DNA of 64,000 bases from Octopus bimaculoides (taxonomy: Eukaryota), in assembly GCF_001194135.2 (NCBI RefSeq), contig NC_068985.1, positions 19,676,382 to 19,740,381 of the forward strand, written 5' to 3'. Shown here one piece after another: positions 11,914 to 25,861 of the stretch. The position numbers and the translations under genes were made by a program. A model generated the notes under the pieces. It was not told the DNA's origin. It searched no databases and worked only from the letters and a program-made list of their open reading frames with translations. Each line of letters starts with the position of its first letter. The stretch's first letter is position 1.

Positions 11914-14296
11914 CCTAATGGTGTATAACCACTTTCCTACAAATTCGTCTATAAATTTTATTGATTGGTCAAGAATAAATAAAATAGAAAACTAATGGGT
12001 TTTAGTACCTCAAACATTTTTTCAAGTCGTCAAAAGAGTAGCAAGCAGCTCAAATTTATAAACATTGTAGCGTGCAGTTTTGAAAGGTAATATGATACTG
12101 TCACAATTGGATGTTGACCAAATGGATATGAATCGAAATCAGTTCTTCGTATATTTATTGTTATTTTAGAGAGATGTCCCACTAGAGCCAAAACGGAAGA
12201 ATAGAAAAACAATGCTTATTTCACAATATCATGTAGGTGTATTTTTTCCGGATACAAAGGGATTTTTTTTGTGTGTGTGTGTAGTAACGAATGTTGATAT
12301 ATTGGAGTGGTTAGCTAATGTTAGCGTGTTTATTTTGCTGGCAGAGAGTTTGTCAAAACAAAATCAATCGAAATCATTCACATGACATAAGAATATCGTT
12401 TGTCGTTATGTTTCATTGCCCACTCTCAAATTATCATATTCTATTGTTTTTATTTGTCTATGTCTAGCATTCTGTCTCTTGGACTGGTTAACAGACATCA
12501 ACTGGCTGCTTACTGAACGACTCCAGTTCGAGATTTGTCTACTATATATCAACAATTCTTGGTTGCCAATGACAATTTTGGTTGGACAGGCTTCTGTCGA
12601 TGTCATTACATCTATGAGTTGTTTTGACCAGATTCCAAGAATTCCTGCTTGGTTGTTGGGCGTCATTAGTCAGATTTTTCATGATGCCATCACTCAGTTT
12701 GAAAATCCTGCTTTGTTGTTTACTTAATTCTAGGTGATAAAAAGAATCTAGTTTAAATTTGGGGCAGGGACTTGCTCCAATCTGCTACTTGTAGCACAAT
12801 CTGGCAACCCTGTATGTGTATAGAGTTCTTTCTCGTACCTCTTTGGTTGCAGTCAGTCGAAAAGGGAAAGAATACAATATTGAAACTGTCAATAATCAGA
12901 TTACTGCTGTCATAGAAAGTGAAAGAATGCTACTACGCAGTCTTTCATTATTGAATGTACAACACTTTCATTTTATAGCAAGGTTAAAGGCGGTGAGCTG
13001 GCAGGCTCGTTAAAGCGCCAGAAAAAAACAATTCTTTACGTCAATCATTCTGGCTCTCCGAAGGCAACATTGCGTTTCATCCCCACACTGGAGTCAATAA
13101 AATAGAGTACCTGTCAAGTATTGAGGTTGATGGTGTCGACTAATCCCCTTCCCCATAAATTGCTGTGCGTATGTGTGTGTGCATGATTTAAAGTATAGGG
13201 AGGGCAAAATAGAATTTGAAATTAAAAAAAAAAATCATTTTGCATAATCTCCGCCGATTAAAACATATGCAACTGAAAAAAAATCGAAAAAGAAAAAAAT
13301 TGAAAATGATACGGGATAAGGTACGATCTAAAATGGTGAAAGGGAATTGTTCTTTTTGTTTGTTTATTTTGTTCGCAGAATCGCAAATTCCATTGTTTAA
13401 AACATTGTCTGGCGCGTCGCCTATACTCCTAAACGGTATAAGAGCATCAGCTATTGTTTATGGAAATCAGCGAATAACTTGCTGGTGCGTACTGATGTCT
13501 GCCAAACAAATAATAATTCGTCCCCTTGCAGTGGCGAATCGCATGTTTATGATTTCTTGATCTTCACGGATTCTGTGGACAAAAAGTTCATCTCAAGTAT
13601 TGGAAAGCACAGCCATGAAAAATGGAAGCATCGCCAACAATGATAAACATCTTGAAAATATTTTTGATGTATGAAAACAACATATAGATTGACTTCTGAA
13701 GTTTCTAGCCCAGTCACCTGAGGTATTGGTACATTGCACTCCAATGCTACAACAGCTGGGTTCCTGTTGTTATTCCTAGAATACCTGAAGTTTCTGAGTT
13801 AACTGAAATACCAAGTAAATTCCTGAATCACCTGAGGCGTCTATTACAGTGTGTGATACTGATCCCGTACTTTGTAGACATATATTTCAGTAACATAGTT
13901 ACTGGTGGTGGAAAAAGAAATAAAATAAAATTAAAATAAAGGATTTCTTTTATTAGTAAATTCTTGCAAATTACAAAAAGCGTTGCTGCATAAGTGAAGA
14001 GAAGACGGTGAGCTCAAAAACCACTATGATGCAGAATAAAGAGGAAATATCCTGATAGTTGATATTTCAGATTTAAATAAACAAAAAGTAAAATTTTAAA
14101 ATTCTAATGTTAACTGTAAATGCCAAAACTGCTTTGACGTATGCAACAATGCAACACATAACAGATTAAGTGTTTGTGTGACATTTTAATCAGCCAACTT
14201 TTCTGAAAGTCGAGAAGCATCTTAGCATTGATTCATATAGCTTCGTAAACACACATACATATAGCTTCTTTTGATATTTTGATGTCGGAATACATC

Positions 14297-14356
14297 ATAC
14301 ATACATACATACATACATACATACATACATACATACATACATACATACATACATAC
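14297..14356. repeat. (ACAT)n microsatellite
   Basis: Direct reading. Confidence 0.95.
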
Positions 14357-14389
14357 GCACGCACACATATATACATATGCACACACATA

Positions 14390-15550
14390 CACGAAAGCTG
14401 TACCGAAAATAATGCAAACGTGGGCATAACTCTTTTATTAACTTACGTAAGTCATTTAAATTGCGTATGTTGGCAAATTTATTCTTCCTCTGTAGTTAAA
14501 CCTTTCTGTCCTTCACTGCAGGCAAATGATAGTTCTATAGAGAAGCAACGTACCGTCATGAAGTTCTTGATGAATGAACGAACGGTGCAGGATGTTCGAA
14601 ATTCACTGACATCATTGACAAGAGCATCGTGCACTGATGGATGAAGATGCTTGAAGCGGGGTAAACCAGCTTTGTATTAGCCACACAGCAGGAAACCATC
14701 ATCTGCAACCATTGACACGTATCACCAGCGAGTGGACGAATTGATTAACGAAGACAGACGCGTTACAACCCGTGAGCTTGCTGCACAACTGAACCACGGT
14801 CAAAATGCATTACTGATGGTCAAAGACTTCAGGGTATTGACAAGTGTGTACAAAGTGAGTATCTAGGCAGTTAATCTCCGATTTGAGGGAGAGAAGAGTG
14901 AAAGTCTGCTTCGATTTGTTGGAAACATTTGAAGCCAACGAAGACTTGTATTTTCCTAATGTAATGACCGGGGATAAAACGTTGCTGTATCTTTATAATC
15001 CGGAAACGAAAGATCATTCGACAAGATGGCGTCACACTTCTTTGCCAAGGCTTAAGAAATTCTGAAACCAATGATTGGCACAGACAAAGTGACAGCTTGG
15101 GAACTGACAATGGTGTCATACACCTTGGTTTTCGGGAATGTGACTGTACCATGAGACACCCACCAAAATCTTCGAGAAGTCATTAGGAGGAAGAGACCGA
15201 ACAAGATTCTGAAAACGATTCACATTCACCACAAGAATGCGTGACCACTCACATTTTTGGCAATAAATTAGGCAGTCAGCAAATCGGATTGATCAGTGAT
15301 ACACCATCTACCGTAGACCCGGGATCTGATGCCCTCCGATTTCGATCCATTGAAGGACAGTATTAGGGGCCAACGATTTCATAACAAAGACAAAGTAATA
15401 ATGGCTGTGAAGAAGTGAATACAACAGTGCGCACCTGAATTTTTTCCAAGAGGATTCGAAAGCTGAGTTCAATGATGATGATGCAAATGCATCGTTTGCG
15501 AAGGAAACTATGTTGAGTAGTAAGTTTCTTTTGAGAAAGAGTTACTCAAT
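14390..15550 (+). mobile_element. Decayed mariner transposon
   Basis: Remnants of WVPRQL (KV..*VSRQL), VMTGDKT, HHKNA*P, and PSDF-like/LKDSIRGQRF. The left end tacacgaaagctgtaccgaaaataatgca resembles a mariner TIR; the right TIR is not clearly found. Confidence 0.75.
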
Positions 15551-16967
15551 TAATATACGCAATTTGAAGCAGTTTTAAGTGATTAACTGCATACAATGTA
15601 AGTCTATGGCAGGAGATTGTCTTTGGAATAATTAAGTGTGTGGACTAAAGTTACGTGGGATGATGATATATTGGTACGATGTTACGCTGTGTGCTGTCCC
15701 ATAATAAAACCAACTCCAACGCTGTTTAAATGACATTTATTTTTACAGATGTATATCAAATTTTTTGCATAATTGCATAATTGATTGGCAGTAACGTATC
15801 GTGTCAGAAGTAGAGAGTAGTTCGTAGTTACATTAATAACAGAAATGAATGGCTTCGCGTGAGAGACGGGGAAAATATTCTATTCTTTGTAGTCAACGAT
15901 TCCTGTAACCTAAGACTGAGCAGCAACCAAGGAACTTTGTCTTAAGAACTTGTTGTTTGTGTCCGTGTGCATAGTGTCCCTCGGCCATCATTGTGTCTCT
16001 TTCTCGCTGTGCTTGCCTTTGTTTTTGCTTGTATAACACCTTTTTATGCGGGAACTCTGGAACATGATAGAACATTCTATAATATGGGGTGATATTTCTG
16101 CAAGCTGATTGGTCACGTCACCCGATTTAAGTGTGGTCTGATCCGAGTTACTAAAACTGTAAAGTTTCGATTCTGCGCCTTGCCACAAGTGCTGCCACCT
16201 CTGAAAAGTATGGATTTTCCATTAGAATATAGTTTCGTTGGTTCATTCTTCTTTGACTTCAAGATCCTATTCGTCCCTTTAAATTATTTTTGGCCACTGT
16301 AAAGACGACAAATTGACACAATTGTTAGCATGCCGGACAAATTGCTTAGTGGCATATCTTCCAGTTTTACTCTACGAGTTCAAATGCTTCCGAGATCGAC
16401 TTTGTCTTTCATCCATTCACAGTCATTAAAATAAGTACTGGTGGAGTACTGTGACTCGATGTAATTGACTTACTCCCATAAAATTTCTGGCCTTGTGCCA
16501 AAACTTGAAACCATTATTAGTGGTAGTATCTTCTCATGCTTGAGATGAACTTTTGTTTACAGAATTTGCACTCAAACTATGGAAATGGGTCTGTGCACAA
16601 GAAGTAATTTATCAAACCCTTTTCTTCCAGCGGCATTTAATTCAATTAACTATACAGGTTGACCTGTAGAGTTGTTGCATTAGATGCTTCATTATTAATT
16701 ATAAAATTTCAGTGTATTCAAATTTCAGCAATTTACATGAGAAAACATGGAATATCTATCCGGACAATTTCCAACGACCTGAGAAGGGCAATTTACTGAG
16801 TCACCAAATTCAGTAATTGGAACTATTCACTGTTGAGATTATTTACATTATTTACATTACCTTTCTAAGTCAATAATTCATTCATTTAATTTTCGCCCTT
16901 GATCAGAATAGAATTCGTTTCCACAAGTTTTGAGAAGAATGTCAATAAGTCTTTTCTTGCGTTTATC

Positions 16968-17215
16968 ATCATCATCATCGTCATTTTAACGTTCGCTTTT
17001 CATGTTTGCACGGGTCGAGCGGAATTTTATTGAAACTGACTTTCTAAGGCGGGATGTCATTCCTTTCGCCAACCCTCTCCTGTTTCAAAGAAGGTAAAAT
17101 TCCCTCATGACAAAATATGTTTTTCACAAGAGATTGCAAAGAACACAGCTTGCGTGACAGTGTCACTCATTTACAACTATCGCGTGAAGTCAAGGCAAAG
17201 AGACAACATAAACAC
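16968..17215 (-). mobile_element. Diverged RTE-derived 3' tail element
   Basis: (CAT)n-tttaacgttcgctttcatg start is shared with the RTE tail; similar pieces at about 30230-30450, 32440-32490 and 56035-56150. Confidence 0.55.
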
Positions 17216-17359
17216 ACACGCGCGTATGTATGAGTATATATTTGTGTGTGCGTACATATACATATGTATACGCGCGCGCGCGACGGGTTTCTTTTTGTTT
17301 TCGTCTGCCAAATCCACTCACAAGGCTTTAGTTGGCCCCGGGATTATAGTAGAAGACCC

Positions 17360-17934
17360 GGATCTTGTTCAAAACGGGGGCACCAGTTTTCATTAATGTT
17401 TTATGTAGTGTTTTTGGTACCGAAAGACTTTCAAACTTCGTATACTTATCTATTTTGTGTTATAGAACAGAAACAAAAATTTGTATTCGGATTTATTTCA
17501 TGTCACTTTAAGTGGTGTAAAGCGTATTTAATTTCCATTACTTCTGACATTTTGCAGAGGCAACACACGTGTGTTCGTTTTCCCTAACCCTAACCCTAAT
17601 TGACTTGCTCCTTCCCTCAAAAACCATGCCTTGTGCCTATAATAGAAAGGTTTATTAGCTACTGCCAATATGCTTCAGCCATTTTTTGACAAGGAAATAA
17701 TAATTTTATCACCGCCGAGATTCGTTTGTTTACGTAGTCAGCACTTAATTTTTACGTCAGTCATTGGTTGAAATTACAGAAATACAATTTTAACATGAAA
17801 TAACTTGCGATGTACGTTTTTTTGTTAAGAAGACTAGGAGAAAAAGATGTTTTATATGACACATTCTACCAGTGTCCCAAGTTTCAAAGTGTTTCGTTAA
17901 GAAAATACTGGTGCCCCTGTTTTGAGCAAGATCC
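17360..17934. mobile_element. 575-bp MITE, Merlin-like, inserted in a SINE
   Basis: 28-bp TIR GGATCTTG(T/C)TCAAAAC(G/A)GGGGCACCAGT (26/28), 8-bp TSD GAAGACCC (17352-17359 and 17935-17942), internal (CCCTAA)3. Superfamily is inferred from GG termini plus the 8-bp TSD. Confidence 0.8.
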
Positions 17935-18984
17935 GAAGACCCTTTCTCAAGATACCACACGGTGGAACTGAACTCGAAACCATGTGATTAGGAAGCAAAC
18001 TTCTTACCACACAGCCACGCCTAAGTTTGTGTTATCCTTAAAAAAAAATTCAAAGGACTTACAGAGATGGTATTCTGAAAAGAGATTAAAAGCCTAACAA
18101 TGTCTGACCTCGGGCATTTACATGTTCCATACTAGCGATATATTTCACATACCACGGTTTCACTGTAAAAACTCTATATGGCTACAATATAATCCCTTTT
18201 CATCTTTAGCACAATAACATTTGTCTCAGTATTTTGTGGTGTTGGAATATTCCATTCTAGTGACATTTCATGACATTCTTATAGCTATGATTTTCAGACA
18301 TAATTAATATATCGGTGAGATATGGATCCTGCCAGAATGACTCATTACAACACACAAGATGAAGACAAAACCTTCACTGGGGACTCATAATAGGATGGCC
18401 TAACAACATGATGTAAATGTAATAGTCTGGTTGATATTTATGTATGGATTATAAATACCACAGAACTGTCATAGTCTTCTTTTATATTTTAGACCAAAAT
18501 ATTGTGTCATTTTCAATATTCATATGCATCATCATATTTTTTTTTTTTTATTGCAATTTTATTTAAACTGGCATTCCGTCGGTTACGACGACGAGGGGAC
18601 CAGTTGATCGGATCAACGGAACAGTCTGCTCGTGAAATTAATATACAAGAGGCTAAGCACTCCAAAGACATGCGTACCTTTCTCCCGCTGGCAATATAAA
18701 CAAGAGTGCATTTTGCACCAAAAGGCCAATATGCAACTGCAATATAGTTCGTTCTAAAAGAACATCCGCGTTTAAGTGGCCATAAATACTATCTCTCGGT
18801 ATTAATACTGGCTCTGTCATTAATATATATGGGAAGCAGGCTTCTTACCACACAGCCATGCCCAGTGTTCTTTCTCATCATATTACAAGAGTGTATAGAA
18901 CCTACTGGGTTCTGTAATCTGTCAAGTCATTGAATCATTAAATTTACCTTTCAGTAAAATCAGCCATATTGAGCTAATATCCTT

Positions 18985-19410
18985 TTCTACTCTGGGCACA
19001 ACGCCCGAAATTTTTAGGGAAGCGGCCAGTCAATTACATTGACTCCAGTACGCAACTGGTACTTAATTTATCGACCCCAAAAGGATGAAAGGCAAAGACG
19101 ACCTCAGTGGAATTTGAACTCAGAACATAAAGACAGACGAAATACCTCTAAGCATTTCGTCTGGCGTGCTGATGTTTCTTATTTCTTTACTGCCCACAAG
19201 GGGCTACACACAGAGGGGACAAACAAGGACAGACAAACGGATTAAGTCGATTATATCGACCCTAGTGCGTAACTGGTACTTATTTAATCGACCCCGAAAG
19301 GATGAAAGGCAAAGTCGATCTCGGTGGAATTTGAACTCAGAATGTAGTGGCAGCCGAAATACTGTTAAGCATTTCGCCTGGTGTGCTAACGTTTCTGCCA
19401 GCTCGCCACC
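18985..19410 (-). mobile_element. SINE family B dimer with a linker
   Basis: Two units joined by ttcttatttctttactgcccacaagggg...acaaggacagac, the same linker as at 375-440. Confidence 0.8.
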
Positions 19411-19454
19411 TTTATATCAGTACCAAGCTTATTGATTGCTGCATCATTATCGTG

Positions 19455-19750
19455 AAGGCGCGTGGCTTAGTGGTTTGGGGTATTCGGCACATGATCGTAA
19501 GGTCGAGAGTTCGAAAACCGGCGGCACGCTGTGTCCTTGAGCAAAACATTATTTCACATTTGCTCCAGTCTCCTCCACTGGTAAAAATGAGTAGTACCTG
19601 TACTTCAAAGGGCCAGCCTTGTCACTCTATGTCACGCTGAATCTCTGAGAGAACTGCATTAAGGGTACGCATGTTAATTTCACGAGCAGGCTGTTCCATT
19701 GATCGGATCAACTGGAACCCTTGTCATCGTAACCGACAAAGTGCCAGTAA
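19455..19750 (+). mobile_element. tRNA-derived SINE, family C
   Basis: aaggcgcgtggcttagtgg...ggtcgagagttcga head, core tgtccttgagcaaaaca...ttgctccagtc. Related pieces at 503-700, 1340-1400, 18560-18680, 22170-22335 and 45690-45770. Confidence 0.7.
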
Positions 19751-21084
19751 GTTATCGTTGAACATTATTGCTATTTTTGATTTTCCACTGTAGTTGTCTA
19801 TCAATAACGGAAATCACATTTCATAGTGACAAGCTCCTCTCTTGCACCATATATATTCAGCCCTTCCCGAGTCGGAAGCTTCCTCTTTCATTATAATTAC
19901 CTGGTGCTATTCTATTCTGATTTAAAAGTCCTCCCAATTTTCACATTTTCATAAAGATGAGGTCAATGATCTTGACTTATAATCTTAAAAAAACAATTTA
20001 GCTCATTTTTCATTTGATGATGATGATGCTTATAATAGTGATTTACTTTGAAACAGTGCTATATGTAGGTATCATCTACTTTGTACCAAATAGTTGAGAG
20101 CAATAGACCAGTTCAAATCAAGACATGACCTTCATACCAATCTCAAGGCCATTCTTCAACTAAGAAGCAAAATTTGGCTTACAATGAAAGCTCACCTCAT
20201 GCAATACAGTCATTGCCTCACACATAAAATGAAGTAAAAAGAGAAAACAAAATTTTAAAATGTTAACATAAGGCGCAGGTATGGCTGCCCAGTTAAAGGT
20301 TCCATCTCATTGCATGATATCACGGGCAAGTGTATTTGGTTGGCAGAAGCTGTGAAAGATTATGTATATATATGTGTGTTTGTGTTTATCCTCCCACCAC
20401 CACTTGACAACCAATGTTGGTTTGTTTACATCCTTGTAAGTTAGCGATTTGGCAAAAGAACTGATAGAATAAGGACCAGACTTTAAACATAAGTATTGGG
20501 GTTGATTTGGTCAACTTGAATTCTTTAAGACTGCAGTCCAATGAATGAAACAAATAAACGATATGTAGAATACATCTTTGAAGGTTGAAAAGTTTCAAGT
20601 GATTTCACACCAGTAAATGATAGTTATACTCCAATTTTAAGCAGCAATATTTCTCATAACAGTAAGCTTCACAGAATAAAAAAATAATGGAAGTGTTTTA
20701 CTTGTTCACAATTCTTCAAAGGTTTGGATGAATAACTGGCACATATTTCTATAAAAGTTGATGACTCCTTTGCAGTAGAGACTGAATGGTTGTGCTGAAA
20801 ATTTAAGCTTGCATTCAATTTGTTGGTAATTCTAAATGTCGTGTTAATGTAAAACATATTCATAATTTCTTTAGGGCTTAGTTGGAGAAGAAAAGGCAAC
20901 AGGCACAACATTTTGTAGTGACTTCAAGATTGGTGTGGGAAAAGAGAAGAAAACACAACTGATGGGGCACTGCATTATGAAATAGGGCTTTAAGATATGA
21001 ACCTTTCGTCAGAGTGGAGATCTGGTCTAAATGCATCTAGCAGAATGGGCTAAAGTCATCCAATAGCCTAATAGTGATGGATTA

Positions 21085-22120
21085 AGTCTTTGTTCTGTCA
21101 TGGGCCCTAGGACTCATGACAGAGCTTAACCCAATTTCCAAGGCATGTGGCGTGCAAGAGAGACGATTGCGCTGGTATGGACATGTGGTGAGAATGGAGG
21201 AGGATAGCTGCGTGAAAAAGTGCCACACCCTAACAGTTGAGGGAACCCGTGGAAGAGGTAGGCCCAGGAAGACCTGGGCTGAGGTGGTGAGGCAAGACCT
21301 TCGTACATTGGGCCTCACCGAGGCGATGACTACGGACCGAGACCTTTGGAAATGGGCTGTGCGTGAGAAGACCCGGCAAGCCAAGTAAGATCGTTGCCAG
21401 TGCCCCTGGACTGGTTCTTGNNNNNNNNNNNNNNNNNNNNNNNNNNNNNNNNNNNNNNNNNNNNNNNNNNNNNNNNNNNNNNNNNNNNNNNNNNNNNNNN
21501 NNNNNNNNNNNNNNNNNNNNNNNNNNNNNNNNNNNNNNNNNNNNNNNNNNNNNNNNNNNNNNNNNNNNNNNNNNNNNNNNNNNNNNNNNNNNNNNNNNNN
21601 NNNNNNNNNNNNNNNNNNNNNNNNNNNNNNNNNNNNNNNNNNNNNNNNNNNNNNNNNNNNNNNNNNNNNNNNNNNNNNNNNNNNNNNNNNNNNNNNNNNN
21701 NNNNNNNNNNNNNNNNNNNNNNNNNNNNNNNNNNNNNNNNNNNNNNNNNNNNNNNNNNNNNNNNNNNNNNNNNNNNNNNNNNNNNNNNNNNNNNNNNNNN
21801 NNNNNNNNNNNNNNNNNNNNNNNNNNNNNNNNNNNNNNNNNNNNNNNNNNNNNNNNNNNNNNNNNNNNNNNNNNNNNNNNNNNNNNNNNNNNATAAAAGA
21901 CACCATTTCGAGCGTGGCCGTTTTCGTGCGGGTGACACGTAAAAGCACCCACTACACTCTCTGAGTGGTTGGCGTTAGGAAGGGCATCCAGCTGTAGAAA
22001 CTCTGCCAAATCAGACTGGAGCCTGGTGTTGCCATCCGGTTTCACCAGTCCTCAGTCAAATCGTCCAACCCATGCTAGCATGGAAAGCGGACGTTAAACG
22101 ATGATGATGATGATGATGAT
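21085..22120 (+). mobile_element. 5'-truncated RTE-clade LINE 3' end (gap inside)
   Basis: ERRLRWYGHVVRM...GTRGRGRPRKTWAEVVRQDL...DRDLWK is the RTE C-terminus. The 3'UTR ends ...ggacgttaaac(GAT)n. Confidence 0.9.
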
Positions 22121-22875
22121 AAATGACTGATATTTCAACATCTACCCATTGTATGGGATGCTGGTCTGTTGCAGGGTTAACTTCCAGCTATTGCTGGAAC
22201 TTTTTTACAACTGAGTAGACTAGAGCAATGTGAAATGGAATGTTTTGCTCAAGAACACAATGCACTGCTCAGTCCAAGAATTGAAACCACGATCATAAGT
22301 GCAACACCCTAACTGCTCAGCTAAGTGCCTCCATGAGGCATTAATCCTAACACCCAAGAATAAATAACATTCCATCTGAAGTTTCCATCTACAATATTTC
22401 ACTCATAAAGTTTCGATTGATCTGAAAATATTACAGAAGAGATTTGCTCAAAGTTCCAGGTGTTTAAATTAAACCTGGTACCAAGTGATATTGAAGTGAA
22501 TTTCTTAACTGAATGGCCTTTCCCAGCCCAACTTGCCCCTAAACAATACATTCTATTCTTTATATATTTCAAAATAACCTCATAAATTCAGCCATTTAAT
22601 CAAGAGATTATTACTATACTAGCTGACTATGTACCATCAATGACAGCTAATTGTAGCATTTTATATACAAATAAGGTACATAATCATCACATATACATAT
22701 TTCCCTTGCACATGCACACACACACATATACTCAGAGTTGAAACGCTGACTTTTTTCATCCTTCTTCCTTATTTATCTATTACCCCTTCCTTTCTCTCAC
22801 TACTTCTCCTTCACTGAATTACTATTTTCTCTCCTCCTCTACATCCAGTGTGATTCTGGACAAATATATATATAT

Positions 22876-23082
22876 ATCATCGTTTAACATCCGCTTTCCA
22901 TGCCAGCATAGGTTGGACGATTTGACTGAGGACTGGCAAGCCAGAAGGCTGCACCAGGCTCCAATCTGATCTGGCAGAGTTTCTACAGTTGGATGCCCTT
23001 CCTAACGCCAACCACTCCGAGAGTGTAGTGGGTGCTTTTATGTGCCACCGGCATGAGGGCCAGTCACACAGTACTGGCAGAA
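22876..23082 (-). mobile_element. RTE LINE 3'UTR fragment
   Basis: Reverse complement of the 3' end of the 21085-22120 element. Confidence 0.8.
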
Positions 23083-23489
23083 ATATATAAAAACACTATG
23101 CTCATTATTATATTAGGAGATTTAACAAATCCTTGGAATAGATTTGTTCTACCATTTTACTGATTTTAGTCACTTAGTCCCCATTGGTTCACCATACACA
23201 TCTGTTAACTGGTACCACAGACAGGTGATATTAACTACAAGAGATATCCTATCCACTAAGTTGTTGCCAATCCACTATTGGACAAAATTTTAACTTGCTG
23301 CCTTACTTTATCCTGGTTTTAGAGGCCTTCTTGACCATACTGACTAATTTTGATTTGGATAGGGTGCTTTAGTGGTTGGGTAAACAGCACCTAGGTAGAA
23401 TTTGCACTAATAATATAAAGAATGAAAGATATAGCAAGCTGTCTCATTAGATGCTCTAATAATCACAATCACTCACTGATCAGGACAGG

Positions 23490-24028
23490 TACTCTCTTTT
23501 TCTCTTTTACTTGTTTCAGNNNNNNNNNNNNNNNNNNNNNNNNNNNNNNNNNNNNNNNNNNNNNNNNNNNNNNNNNNNNNNNNNNNNNNNNNNNNNNNNN
23601 NNNNNNNNNNNNNNNNNNNNNNNNNNNNNNNNNNNNNNNNNNNNNNNNNNNNNNNNNNNNNNNNNNNNNNNNNNNNNNNNNNNNNNNNNNNNNNNNNNNN
23701 NNNNNNNNNNNNNNNNNNNNNNNNNNNNNNNGTAAGCCTAGTACTTAGTTTATCGGTCTCTTTTTGCTGAACCGCTAAGTTACGGGGACGTAAACACACC
23801 AGCATCGGTTGTCAAGCGATGGTGGGGGGACAAACACACATACATATATATATATATATACATATATACGACGGGCTTCTTTCAGTTTTCTGTCTACCAA
23901 ATCCACTCACAAGGCTTTGGTCGGACCGAGGCTATAGTAGAAGACACTTGCCCAAGGTGCCACGCAGTGGGACTGAACCTGGAACCATGTGGTTGGTAAG
24001 CAAGCTACTTACCACACAGCCACTCCTG
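23490..24028 (-). mobile_element. SINE family A copy (gap inside)
   Basis: Colinear with 61358-61738. Confidence 0.85.
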
Positions 24029-25207
24029 AGTACTATATATATATCAACACTGAAAGGAAGACAGGCAGAAGTGACTCAACCAGAATTTGAACTCAAAGTA
24101 CAGAAAGAAGGAAAGAATACTACAAGGCATTCTAACTGCTCTAACAAAAGAGACATGATTACCATTTAATTGAAATGTAGAACACCAGCCATAGACAGAA
24201 CCTTCAAAAAACTAAGATTACTAAGATATCTCCCAACTGCTTTGGAATAAGCACCACCACAATGCAAAAGGCAGTAAACTGCACATTGGTTATTTTAATC
24301 ATGGATCAATACCAATGCACTAATAATCCTATACACAAAGTGAAGCGACCAACTGTTGTAGTTTCTGTTCACTATGCTACTTGGGTTTTGGTGTACCAAA
24401 ACTAAGATCTTGATCCTGTATAAATTTCTGATATAATTTGCATCTACTCCTGTAGGTATGTGTAAATGTATATGGTTAGTATATTTGTATATAACCCAGT
24501 TGTAATGTATAAATATCAAATATCAATTTCTTTATATAGCACAGTTTTGATCAACAGACCTTTGGGGTTGGGCCTAGTACACGTCTACTGTTCTATTCTG
24601 CTCAATGAGTGATTAAACAAATGTATAATGCATTATTTCTTATACTGTTTGTTCTGGGTTACATTACTTCTGTCACATCATCCATCATATGTTATATATT
24701 TCTATGCATTGGACTGTTGCAAATGTATGAAATGTAGTAACTATACAATACATGCTGCAGCATTGGTGTGTTAATTTACTTACCAAAAGATATTTTACTC
24801 TACTGATACTCAAAGAGTCACATTTGATAAATAACATGCATAGATATATGCATTGCAAATTTTTCATTTGTCATTTTCTGATCAACTAGACACAAATCAA
24901 TTCTATAAATGTTTCCCAATGCAGCATAGCGATTGAGCTTGCTAGTATTATGCTATTTCAGTTGTTTAACAACTTGGTCATAATATGTATAACAAAACTT
25001 AAACTTTTAAGAAACAAATATTACTAGCTAACAAATATTGGATAATTCTCAACCACAAGCTTAAGAATTCAGTGTTTTAAAATAATTTGAAGAATAAATA
25101 TACAAAAACTATTACCTGAGCATTAATAATAAGCAAAAAATACAAATGTAATAAAATAAAAAAATTTATTTTTAGAAATGAATTGAAGCTAGAATAGAAA
25201 ATAATTG

Positions 25208-25861
25208 CTATGATTTAGAAAAATTTTTTTGCATAATTTCCCTGTAAAAAGTAAAGATCTCATCTGAAGCTGCTCTGCAGGCTACCAAAGCTGAGTTGAA
25301 TTTTGTTTTATCAAATAATCCAGATGTATGTATAGCAAGAATGCTTTTAGAGACACTGTCAAATACAAACATCATTGATATTGGTGCAGAGCTTTCTTCT
25401 TTTATTGTTGGGTCCAAAATAAGTTGGTCATTCTCTGTGAAGACACAAGATACAGCTGCCATCATGAAGTTCATATTAATACTCGCATCTAATAATGAGA
25501 GACAAACAACATTTATTGCACAAGCTAATAGGGACCCTGAATTCTGAAGTTCTTGAATAGTTATACTAATAGAAGAACGTGGATGTAAACAGGCCAAGAT
25601 TGCTGTCTCACAGGTGCTGCATATTAAATTCTCCTTTAATTTTTCTGCACAATTAGCCATACCTGATTTAGGTTTATATACAATTTCTACTGTAGCTTGG
25701 TTGATTTGTTCTTTAACAATTTTCACTTCAGCTGGGCCATATACTGAGGCCATCATTGAAGTATCACCACAACTAAGACTGGCTGAACCATCTGGTCTTG
25801 ACAAAAGACTCAGTTCACAAGACATCTTCCGTAACTGCTGTTTTTTTATTTCTCCATTCAT
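25208..25861 (-). CDS. EXOSC5: Exosome complex component RRP46 (RNase PH fold), 217 aa, CDS in a single exon
   Basis: LSRPDGSASLSCGDTSMMASVYGPAEVK...EIVYKPKSG...AILACLHPRSSISITIQEL...GSLLACAINVVCLSLLDASI...LILDPT is the Rrp46 signature. Acceptor (tttttatttttctag|) 9 nt upstream of the ATG, exon starting at 25870. AATAAA on - at 25165-25170. Confidence 0.93.
   Translation of the reverse strand: MNGEIKKQQLRKMSCELSLLSRPDGSASLSCGDTSMMASVYGPAEVKIVKEQINQATVEIVYKPKSGMANCAEKLKENLICSTCETAILACLHPRSSISITIQELQNSGSLLACAINVVCLSLLDASINMNFMMAAVSCVFTENDQLILDPTIKEESSAPISMMFVFDSVSKSILAIHTSGLFDKTKFNSALVACRAASDEIFTFYREIMQKNFSKS

Noticed and set aside
13500-13900. Possible transposase-like fragment (KKFISSIGKHSHEKW)
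   Set aside because: Too short and decayed to assign.
15600-16260. PBS-like tcgtgtcagaagt (15800) and a CCAAT/TGACGT-containing segment suggesting LTR remnants
   Set aside because: No TG...CA boundaries, TSD or coding remnant could be fixed.
20875-20985. Acceptor plus a 36-codon open stretch (GLVGEEKATGTTFCSDFKIG...)
   Set aside because: No recognisable homology or partner exons.
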